Positions 56,601-64,000 of a stretch of 64,000 nucleotides of DNA are shown piece by piece (position 1 is the first letter of the stretch; each line of letters begins with the position of its first letter). The notes under the pieces were generated by a model. It was not told the origin of the DNA. It made no database searches and saw nothing but the letters and a program-made list of their open reading frames with translations. The stretch lies in the NCBI GenBank assembly GCA_965248265.1, contig CBDFJF010000001.1, forward strand, positions 448,001 to 512,000, in the 5' to 3' direction. The DNA is from Candidatus Latescibacterota bacterium. Lineage in GTDB: Bacteria > Latescibacterota > UBA2968 > UBA8231. The translations under genes were made by a program, and so were the position numbers.

Positions 56601-56866
56601 TCGAGGATCGCACCGAGAGCGCTGACGTGATTCTATGGCCGGACGTGTTCGAGCGTTTCGCCGACATCGCGGCCGAGCCCGGACCCTTCGAAGTCTGGGG
56701 GCGCGTGACCGAAGACTGGGGCACCTACTGCCTTGAGGCCGACTCCATTCGATGCGTCGATTGGGAGCCAAACCAGATCGACCTCGAGTTGGCCTCGCGC
56801 CACCTGGAGCGGTCATTTTCGGGAAGCGAGTTCGTCTATGCTGATATCGACACGGAAGCAGCCTGA
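53648..56866 (+). CDS. dnaE2: Error-prone DNA polymerase III alpha subunit (DnaE2/ImuC-type)
   Basis: PHP domain LHCHSSFSF, RGSAANS, FERFL, PDADLD, HPGG, KFDILG, FCKSH, OB fold; adjacent to an ImuB-like gene. Confidence 0.85.
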   Translation: MSGYVPLHCHSSFSFHAGVPSVSELVARCKELGMTAAALTDTDRVSGLILFYTECLRQGVKPILGVELTDPGPSAQRVDGAGVTARPRVLVLARNADGYGDLCQLTTRRHLEAARFRLSEELARPLPNLILITADPSMLGTLAGGANRERLFGELIHHCERTRRRSAQLQVTARALGVPLVASNDAFFIQREDWETHRILTAIGLNSTLSRLQPEELASERAFVCGVSEMKSAFDAQPEAVANTLHVAGLCNVELDLGHWIMPRVSVPAGHSPESYLAALAADGLESNYGSSEVATKARAMAIQQMELEVITKLGYPSYFLMVKEIRDWANHRFSHRYRRPQDCTILRGSAANSITFYNIGVSDLDPIRYDLYFERFLNEERASPPDADLDFGWDERDQALEFMVERWGEDRVAVTCTTNHFRERAAFRETAKVFGYTDEDVSQILASYRTRSKRIEDAQIDRIWELADQIRGKPRFLGQHPGGVLVTNDPISRHVACECSGGEKNRTITQIDMHNGIDELGLIKFDILGNGSLSVLRDSLDQLAEQDIADPNVWDLDKCYGDAAVKDVIRRGRTKGIFYIESPAQRRLNQKSLAETFEEITITSSLVRPAGSQYTQLFVERERKRKQGVRDWDFVHPSLEPILSQTHDVCAFQEDVTRICHEVAGLSFKQADKIRKMMNSHHEGAPTDEVWADTARAFLGGCISHTGLNPEQAAELWERVSSFTGFSFCKSHSATYAQLSFQCTYLKAHYPAQFLAAVISNGHGFYRRDVYLNEARRWGITVLPLDVNESAARYRGRGRYMRPGLMHVRGLRSSILNRLVDERVANGPFAGLSDFCQRLRPRKGADGIHRAEVERLILVGAFDRFDLTQPQSLYLLDELIGHRDDGMDLFSAAGSGAVPSYVPIESVDYSLAERCLRELELLGYMLSGDILEILRLHPGARDTVAARDLGDYAGKGRVKLFGRQVTERMHRVQRSGDPMMFLTIEDRTESADVILWPDVFERFADIAAEPGPFEVWGRVTEDWGTYCLEADSIRCVDWEPNQIDLELASRHLERSFSGSEFVYADIDTEAA

Positions 56867-58110
56867 GCCGCTTCATTTGGCGATCGAGGTCGACCAGTTC
56901 GCCGCACAATCCATTGCAGCGCGGCGAGTTGATCTGCGCGGACGGCCCTTCGTCGTGGTACAGCAAGACGCCGACAGTCATTACGCGGCCGTTTATTCCC
57001 GCTCCACCGAGGCCGCCGATTTCGGCATCGAACCGGGGATGCCGCTGTTCGCCGCCCGTCGGCGATGTCCGGAGGCCGCCGTAGTCAACCGCGACCGCAC
57101 GCTCGAGGCGGCGGCCCGGAGGCGGTTGACCCGGGCCCTGAACCAGTGGAGTCCGGGTGTGGTTGTGCGGGACCAGGCGCGCTGCAGCCTGGATTTGTCG
57201 GGAACGCCCGCGCAACGAGTGTGGGGAGGCGCCGACCGAACACCTCTTCGCGTTGGCCAGCCGAGTGCAGTCGGACATCGGATCGCGCGGTGAGCTGCAC
57301 ACACTGGCCGTCGGCATGTCTTCCTCTGCCCTGATTGCCCGCATGCTGGCTCGGCAGGCATTGCCGCATGGCGTTGCCGTGTGCCCACCCGGGTTCGAAC
57401 TGGACGAGCTCGCCAGCAAGCCGGTTGACGTGCTACCGGGATTGTCGGCTGCGGTGAGAGAGAAACTGCGCAAGTACGGGTTGCAGTACGTACACCAGGT
57501 TCAGCGGCTGGAGCGTCGGTCCCTGGTCAAGCGATTGGGTCGGCACGACGGTGGCAAGCTCTACGGCATGGTGCGAGGAGTCAGCGATTCGATGCCGCGC
57601 GAGAATGAGGTCTTCCCCGCGATTACGGCAGAGACGGTTCTGCGCACCGACCTGAACGAAGATTTTCTCTTGGCCCAATGCGTACGCCTGACCGCCGATC
57701 GCATGTGCGACAAACTGCGTAACGCGAAGCTGCTGGCGCGCCGACTCACGTTCAGGTTGTGGCACACCGACAATCGATGCGTTCAGCGGACGACGCAGCT
57801 GGCGCAGGCGACGGCTGATTTCGGCACCATCGAAGCGGCCGCCCGCCGCCTGTTCGCCGACGCCTATGTGCGAAGGGCCGCCATTAAATCAATGAGCTTG
57901 AGCGCCACCCGCCCCAGTCACTCGACCAGGCAGATCGATCTGTTCGAGACGACGCACGATCGAAAGCTACAATCCCTGGGCGCAGCCATCACAGACATCC
58001 GCCACCGCATGGGGTTCGAAGCCGTGCTCAGCGGCGCCTCATCTCACCCCGATCTGCGTGCCGCCCTCCGGCACATGGGAGCTCCTCCGGCGCCAGTGTC
58101 AGATCCCTGA
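56838..58110 (+). CDS. ImuB/DinB-like Y-family polymerase homolog, catalytically degenerate; frameshift near 57225-57245
   Basis: EVDQFAAQ, GRPFVV, GIEPGMPL...RRCP in one frame; AVGMSSS...ARM, LPGL, QIDLF clamp motif in the next frame; lacks the SIDE catalytic motif. Confidence 0.75.
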
Positions 58111-58207
58111 GGCTCCATGTCACGGTCGCGTGTCCCTGGCTTGACCATCCTGTGGGGCGCGTCTACCTTGTGGCTACAACGTTGGTCATCTGCAAGATTA
58201 GACTGCC

Positions 58208-59566
58208 GTGCCTCCCCATTGCCACCCTTTTATCTCTTTCGCATCCGACGCTGCCCGTCGCCCGCAGCAGGCTGGTCCGCACCTGCAAAGTGGTGACCGA
58301 GCTCGCCGCGCCGCGCCGGTCCCAGGTAGACGTTCCTGCAGCAATGGCCCCCGCACGGTCCTCGCAGTAACGCTTGCGCTTGCTGGTTGCGCGGCCGCTC
58401 TGTCGTGCCGGCCGGGCGTTCCCGCTGAGACCGAAGAACTCGCCACGGGTGTCTATCACCACGCTGTCAGTCTCATAGATGGGCCCTGGGCGATCCATGT
58501 AGTTGAGGTCGATTTGCGCCGGGCCTGGGAGGAAGGCGTGCGACTGCGTACCGTGAGGGCGTCGGCGTCCCCGTCGGGCCTTGAGAAAACGAGTGCGATG
58601 GCCCGGGGCGCACTCGCGGCCGTCAACGGCGACTTCTTTCACGACAGCGATCCAGCGCGAACACTGGGTCTGCAGATCAGCGAGGGCGGGTTGGTTGAAA
58701 ACCCCCGTCGGGGATCTGCCTTTGCCATCAGTGATGCCGGGCATCCGACCATCGCTGTCTTCAATCTGCGCGCGGGGTTGATCACCGCCGCCGGCGAATC
58801 GCTGCCCATCGCCGTTTTCAACCGGGACCCCGGTCAGGCTGCACTATCCTACTACAATCGGCATGCACAGGGACGGCGTGACTCCGTTCGCGCCGCCGTT
58901 GGATTTCATCTGCAGAGTCTGCGTACGGCATCCGCGATCAACGACACGGTTGAAGCGCGCGTTCTTCAAGTGCGCCGACAAGCTTGGCCTTTGCGTCTGG
59001 GCGCCGACGAGTGGTTCGTGGCCGCGGGAAGCGAGCACGCCAACATCGAAGCTGTAGCTGCCGGTGATACCGTGGGTCTCTACTGCCTCCTGCCGCCGGT
59101 CGTTGACCATCTGGTGGAAGCGATCGGCGGTGGCCCCAGAATAATCAGAGACGGCGAGGTCTCGGTAGAGCACCAGCAGGAGAATCTCGGCAGCGAATTC
59201 GCGCAACAGCGCCATCCTCGCACTGCCGTGGGCTATTCCCGCGACGGTCACAGCCTCTTTCTGGTGACCGTCGATGGCCACCAACCCGGTTACAGCGTCG
59301 GCATGAGCCTCGAGGAGCTTGCTCAGTTCATGGCGCACACCCTGGCCTCCTTCTCTCGTACGCGCCAGAGCGCTTATCAGGCTTTGAACCTCGATGGCGG
59401 CAAGTCGACGACGATGGTTGTCAAGGAGCAAGTCGTCAACCGGCCATCCTATCCCACGGGGGAGCAGGCCGTTGCCAACGCTCTGACGATCGTGGCGGCG
59501 AAAGCGATCCAATCTCCGCGCGATACCTCGGTGGAAGGGGAGGGTTCGCAAGATGCCGCGCTTTAG
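58208..59566 (+). CDS. Phosphodiester glycosidase (NAGPA) family protein
   Basis: AAVNGDFF, GGGP, RHPRTAVG, VDG, ALNLDGG; start uncertain. Confidence 0.85.
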   Translation: MPPHCHPFISFASDAARRPQQAGPHLQSGDRARRAAPVPGRRSCSNGPRTVLAVTLALAGCAAALSCRPGVPAETEELATGVYHHAVSLIDGPWAIHVVEVDLRRAWEEGVRLRTVRASASPSGLEKTSAMARGALAAVNGDFFHDSDPARTLGLQISEGGLVENPRRGSAFAISDAGHPTIAVFNLRAGLITAAGESLPIAVFNRDPGQAALSYYNRHAQGRRDSVRAAVGFHLQSLRTASAINDTVEARVLQVRRQAWPLRLGADEWFVAAGSEHANIEAVAAGDTVGLYCLLPPVVDHLVEAIGGGPRIIRDGEVSVEHQQENLGSEFAQQRHPRTAVGYSRDGHSLFLVTVDGHQPGYSVGMSLEELAQFMAHTLASFSRTRQSAYQALNLDGGKSTTMVVKEQVVNRPSYPTGEQAVANALTIVAAKAIQSPRDTSVEGEGSQDAAL

Positions 59567-60611
59567 GCACGAGGCACTGCGCGATCTGGGTGCAGCTCTG
59601 TTCGAGGCCGTGGGAACGCCGGCCGTCGATGCTGAGTTGGTGGCCGAGCACATGGTCGAATCGGGCTTGATGGGTCACGACTCTCACAGCGTTCTGCGCT
59701 ATCCACAATACGTGGAAGCCGCTCGTAGCGGTCGCATTAAGTGCGGCGCCTCGATGAATATTCTCAGTGACAACGCGCGGACCGCGCAGGTGAGCGGTAA
59801 CTGGAATTTCGGCGCGGTCACGGCGACCAAGGCGGTCCGGCTGGCGATGGACAAGGTTCGAGGAGGGGCTATCAGCGCGGTTACTGCCAAGGATTGCTGG
59901 CACGTGGGGCGTCTTGGTGGGTTCGCGGCGACGGCCGCTAGGGAAAATCTGGTTGCCCTTCTGATGTGTAACGGTCAAGGTGGCGATCTGTCGGTGGTTC
60001 CGTTCGGGGGCAGGGAGCGCCGTCTGCCCACGAATCCACTGGCTGTGGCCCTGCCAACGGGGCGGGATTGGCCGATCGTCCTCGACATGGCGACGAGTAT
60101 GACGTCAGGCGGCGCCATGCGCGTGTACCGCAATCTTGGACAGCCTGTGCCCGAGGGGTTTGCCGTCGATGCGCAAGGCAATCCGGTCACCGATGTTGAG
60201 CAGTACTATGGCCCCCCAATGGGAGGAATGCTGCCACTTGGTTTCCCCGACGCGGGCCACAAGGGATTCGGACTGAGCCTGCTCGTGGACATGCTTTCCG
60301 GGGCACTGTCGAGAGGGGGGTGTTCGCAGGCTGATCCGTCTGATCCGGGCAACGCCCTTTTAATAACACTCCTCGATATCGAGGCGTTCATTCCCATCGA
60401 CGTATTTTTCGAGGAAGTCCAGCTGTTTATCGATTGGGTGAAGTCGGCTCCACCGGGTGAGGGGTACCAGGAGGTTATGCTTCTCGGAGAAAACGCCCAT
60501 CGGGCCTACCTGGAGCGTTCACGGGACGGTCTCGTCGTCGACGATCAGGCCTGGGAGCAGATCCGCGAGGTCGCTTCTGAGCTTGAGGTGCCGTTGCCGC
60601 AGGCGGTCTAG
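59553..60611 (+). CDS. Ldh_2 (malate/L-lactate dehydrogenase type 2) family oxidoreductase
   Basis: GHDSH, HVGRLG, TNP, LDMATS, GHKGFGL. Confidence 0.9.
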   Translation: MPRFRHEALRDLGAALFEAVGTPAVDAELVAEHMVESGLMGHDSHSVLRYPQYVEAARSGRIKCGASMNILSDNARTAQVSGNWNFGAVTATKAVRLAMDKVRGGAISAVTAKDCWHVGRLGGFAATAARENLVALLMCNGQGGDLSVVPFGGRERRLPTNPLAVALPTGRDWPIVLDMATSMTSGGAMRVYRNLGQPVPEGFAVDAQGNPVTDVEQYYGPPMGGMLPLGFPDAGHKGFGLSLLVDMLSGALSRGGCSQADPSDPGNALLITLLDIEAFIPIDVFFEEVQLFIDWVKSAPPGEGYQEVMLLGENAHRAYLERSRDGLVVDDQAWEQIREVASELEVPLPQAV

Positions 60612-61468
60612 CCGACGGCTCCGTTCAGGTTGTACTCTGCACCCTCTCTGGCCGCCTCGATAATCAGACTTTCACCCTGGTGGGCAGCGACCACCTGATC
60701 GATCCCCGCGTCGTCGCGGTCGGGATGATGGTGAAAGAGCAACACCCGGTCCGCACCCGCCGACCGGCCGATGTCGAGCGCCTCGAGGTCGGATGAGTGA
60801 CCACATCCGGTTCGCGTCTGGGTGGCATCCGTACTGGCATAGTGGGCGTCGTGTATGAGTACATCCACCCCATTCGCCAGCTCCAGACTCACCTGCCGCT
60901 GCGAATCGTCCGTGTACTCCACATCGGGAATGTAGGCCAGCGACACACCACCACACTCCAGGCGATACCCCAGACACTGTACGTCTGGCACATGGTTGAC
61001 CGGTCGAGAGGTCACGTGGGTCGATCCGATATCGAATTCGCCGCCGGTGTTTCCAAGGTCGAAGATGTCCAGTTTGGCCCCTATGCGGTCGTCGAAGAAG
61101 TTCGGTACGGGGCAGAAGGTGGAGTCCATCTGTTCAACCAGAAGTTGGGAAAGGGGTTTGTCCGCGCGTCCGGGTCCGTAGATGGAGAATCGGTTTCCAT
61201 CCACCAGCATGGGCAGGAAGAAGGGGATTCCCTGGATGTGTCCCCAATGAGTATGGCTGACGAGGACATGAGCATGACCACCACCCTGCGAGAAACCCGC
61301 GTCCATCAGATCATCACCCAGCCAGTGGAGTCCGAGTCCTGCATCCAGAATGATGATCTCGCCGTCCGCTGCCCGAACCTCAACACAGGGCGTGTTGCCG
61401 CCGTGGCGGGCATTCGATGCAACGGGAGTGGCGACCGATCCTCTGGTGCCCCAAAGCTTGATACGCAA
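60608..61468 (-). CDS. Metallo-beta-lactamase fold hydrolase (RNase Z/phosphodiesterase-like)
   Basis: WGTRGS, GGNTPC, SHTHWGHIQG, HDAHY, GHS, HHHP; TTG start inferred. Confidence 0.85.
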   Translation of the reverse strand: MRIKLWGTRGSVATPVASNARHGGNTPCVEVRAADGEIIILDAGLGLHWLGDDLMDAGFSQGGGHAHVLVSHTHWGHIQGIPFFLPMLVDGNRFSIYGPGRADKPLSQLLVEQMDSTFCPVPNFFDDRIGAKLDIFDLGNTGGEFDIGSTHVTSRPVNHVPDVQCLGYRLECGGVSLAYIPDVEYTDDSQRQVSLELANGVDVLIHDAHYASTDATQTRTGCGHSSDLEALDIGRSAGADRVLLFHHHPDRDDAGIDQVVAAHQGESLIIEAAREGAEYNLNGAVG

Positions 61469-61479
61469 GGATGTTCCCT

Positions 61480-62355
61480 TCAGAGGGTGATTTCCAGGCC
61501 TTCGCTGGATCCGAGGACTTCCGGCTCGCTCCCCGTCTGAACTCGGCAGCGATCCACTATCGCATCCAACTCGGCATCTTCGCGCCCCGGGCGATGATGA
61601 TACAGGGCAACGCACTTTGCCCCGGTCTCGGTGGCCAGGTGCAAAGCGTCGTCGACGCTGCTATGGCCGAAATCTGGCCGGTACTCGTCTGGCAGGAAGA
61701 ATGTATCGCAAACCAACAGGTCGACTCCGTGACACAGATCACGTGTCCCCTGCAGCAATTGGCGTCGTGCCTCGGCCTCGTCATTCATCTGAGCGGGCAA
61801 TTCCTGGGCGAATAGGGTTTCGCCGTACACGTCGGTGTCACAGACGTAGGCCATCGTGTGACCGTTCGAATCCAGGCGGAAGCCGCCCGTCACGGTGGGG
61901 TGATTCAATTGCCGGCAGGTGACCCGGGTGTCGCCGAGATCGAAGGTGTCGCCGTCGTCGTGCTCGACGAATTCAACGTGGGCAGCTGCCTGGTCGAGAG
62001 AGACGGGAAAGAAGGGAGCGCGCTGCTGATCGGAAAGGATCTGGCGCAATGACTTGGCCTGACGCTTGAGGGCGTGTATGCGAATGCTGGTGGAGGCGTC
62101 GTAGAGTGGCGCGAAGTGGGGGAGACCCTGGATATGATCCCAGTGGGTGTGACTCAGCAGCAGCTCCACCTCCTTGGACTCGGTACGGGCCGCTATTTCC
62201 TTGCCCAACTCACGAATACCCGTTCCAGCATCGATGACGATGGCCGGGTCATCGGCCGTATGAACCTCGACACAGGAGGTGTTGCCGCCGTAGCGCATGT
62301 ACTCGGGCGCAGCCACCGGGAACGATCCTCGCACTCCTCTGAACTTTATTTTCAT
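61480..62355 (-). CDS. Metallo-beta-lactamase fold hydrolase (paralog)
   Basis: GVRGS, GGNTSC, SHTHWDHIQG, HP, GHSS, HHRP. Confidence 0.88.
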   Translation of the reverse strand: MKIKFRGVRGSFPVAAPEYMRYGGNTSCVEVHTADDPAIVIDAGTGIRELGKEIAARTESKEVELLLSHTHWDHIQGLPHFAPLYDASTSIRIHALKRQAKSLRQILSDQQRAPFFPVSLDQAAAHVEFVEHDDGDTFDLGDTRVTCRQLNHPTVTGGFRLDSNGHTMAYVCDTDVYGETLFAQELPAQMNDEAEARRQLLQGTRDLCHGVDLLVCDTFFLPDEYRPDFGHSSVDDALHLATETGAKCVALYHHRPGREDAELDAIVDRCRVQTGSEPEVLGSSEGLEITL

Positions 62356-62617
62356 GCGCCTTTCGTCACTGCCTCCGGGAGGAACCGGAGTGGGAGGGGA
62401 TGGTTGGTGCAAATATCGCAATAAACGGACAAATCGGCCTCATACAGCCTAAAATAATATGAAGGAGCACAGCGATTTACAAGCATTGCCGCAGGCGGCG
62501 AGGTCTTGCGAGTGAGGAACCTGAATGCGCCCTGATCGGTTTTACATTGAGATGCCCTTTTTTTATACTGTAGCTGAACTTACGCACGGTTAGGTACGTA
62601 AAACGAAGGCAAGTCAT

Positions 62618-63376
62618 ATGTCGAAGGACAGGGCAAGAAAAACGCCTGAGAAAGGCAATTCACCGACCGAGCGCCCGACGGGTGCAAGGGAGTACGGTTC
62701 GTCGGTATTGATCGCCGTAGCCCTGGCCCTCCTGATCCGGAGCACGGTCGTTCAGGCGTTTTACATACCCTCTGGTTCCATGGAAGACACGCTGTTCGTC
62801 GGAGACTACCTGCTGGCTAACAAATTCGTCTATGGTGCACCGGTCGAAATCCCATTCAAGAGTGAACCGCTTTTTCGTCTTCCCGCGCTGCGGGATCCCA
62901 GTCCGGGCGACATCGTAATTTTTCGCTCGCTCACTGATCCGGGACGTGATCTGATCAAGCGCTGTGTGGCCGTTGGCGGCCAATCCATCCAGGTCGTCGA
63001 CAAGGTGCTCTACATAGACGGCACGCCCTTTCCCGATCCACCCAAAGCGAAATACGAGGACCCGGTCGTCTTTCCGCCGATGAGTCGTCCGCGTGACAAC
63101 TTCGGTCCCTACGTCGTCCCCGCGGAGCATTTCTTCATGATGGGAGACAACCGAGACAACAGCCACGACAGCCGTTGGTTCGGGCCCGTTCCGCGCCGCC
63201 AGATCAAAGGTAAGGCCATGATCATCTACTGGTCGTCGGATCTGGTGGATGCTCCGGCGTGGATGCGCGCGGCCGGCCTGCCCCAGCTGCTGCAGGATAC
63301 GGCGAGTTTCGTCTGGAACTTCCCGACGCTGCCACTGCGCACCGAATACGGCCGGCTCGGAGACGTAATCCACTGA
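62618..63376 (+). CDS. lepB: Signal peptidase I
   Basis: IPSGSMEDTL, IKRCVA, MGDNRDNSHDSRWFG. Confidence 0.95.
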   Translation: MSKDRARKTPEKGNSPTERPTGAREYGSSVLIAVALALLIRSTVVQAFYIPSGSMEDTLFVGDYLLANKFVYGAPVEIPFKSEPLFRLPALRDPSPGDIVIFRSLTDPGRDLIKRCVAVGGQSIQVVDKVLYIDGTPFPDPPKAKYEDPVVFPPMSRPRDNFGPYVVPAEHFFMMGDNRDNSHDSRWFGPVPRRQIKGKAMIIYWSSDLVDAPAWMRAAGLPQLLQDTASFVWNFPTLPLRTEYGRLGDVIH

Positions 63377-63416
63377 CGGCAACGACGGCCGGTTCGCCGG
63401 CCTGCAGGAGCTTCTT

Positions 63417-64000
63417 GTGACAACGGAAGACTACTTCGAGCGCCCTGAGGATGAAGACCGCGCCTATGACTTGGGTGAGGAACCGGAGTCTCTGGGTCCG
63501 GAGTCTGCCAGTCAGGATGAATTCGACGACGAGCCTCTCCGTCTCATCGACCAGGTCTTGATCCAGCTGCCCGACCGGGATCCGTCCCGGCCGATGCTTT
63601 ACCAGCTTCGCCGTCAGGTGATGGAGCGGGAGATCACCCTGCAGGAGGCCCGGCGCACGTTGGTCGAGCTGGAGGGTGCACTAGAGAAGGTCACGGCGCC
63701 GGCCAACCGCGTCGGCATCTACCTCGGCAGTCCCGACGAGGGCATCGCCACCATCTCGGTCTCCGGTTCCGACTACTACGCCAATGTCGATCCCAGGGTT
63801 GATCGAACTCGACTCAAGGTCGGAGTGCGGGTGCTGATCAACGAGGCCTACACCGTAATCGGTGTCCTCGGACACAACCCTGCAGGCCCTGTGGTCAAGA
63901 TCACGGATCTGCTGGATGGGAGCAGGTTGCGCATTGGTCAGGACCACGGGACCGGGGATCTGATCATGGAGCGCTCGCACGAACTGGCGGACGTCGACCT
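63417..64000 (+). CDS. arc: Proteasome-associated ATPase (ARC/Mpa-type), N-terminal part; runs off the window
   Basis: Not in the ORF track. AGGAG RBS plus GTG 63417; coiled coil LQEARRTLVELEGALEKVTAPANRVGIYL followed by OB domains (LKVGVRVLINEAYTV). Confidence 0.78.
   Translation, partial: MTTEDYFERPEDEDRAYDLGEEPESLGPESASQDEFDDEPLRLIDQVLIQLPDRDPSRPMLYQLRRQVMEREITLQEARRTLVELEGALEKVTAPANRVGIYLGSPDEGIATISVSGSDYYANVDPRVDRTRLKVGVRVLINEAYTVIGVLGHNPAGPVVKITDLLDGSRLRIGQDHGTGDLIMERSHELADVD

Overview
GC-rich bacterial chromosomal window. Many PhyH dioxygenases, a sulfatase, FlgD-type and 'SWGxVK' C-terminal motifs, topoisomerase VI and an ARC-type proteasome ATPase suggest a Latescibacterota/Poribacteria-like organism; this taxonomy is inference only. 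Most of the window is metabolic and housekeeping genes (uronate isomerase, aldolase, menC, murA, sppA, rpe-like, lepB, dnaE2/imuB-like, top6AB). The standout region is 15.1-18.9 kb, next to a duplicated tRNA-Phe 3' end. There a divergent XRE regulator faces a three-gene operon that looks like a bacterial ubiquitin-like conjugation system: (i) a ~97-aa ubiquitin-like protein ending in Gly-Gly, hidden from the ORF track by a 14-bp tandem duplication; (ii) a ~461-aa protein with a C-terminal E2-like H...G-x-x-IC motif; (iii) an E1 with tandem inactive and active ThiF domains. No JAB deubiquitinase, E3 or sulfur-cofactor gene is present. Also found: a tRNA-Phe-bounded mini-island carrying a PP2C phosphatase, a MazEF-type toxin-antitoxin pair, a CTAG-flanked MITE, a REPIN-like cruciform element, and several single-base frameshifts that may be assembly errors. 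All protein calls come from motif recognition by eye, with no database searches.
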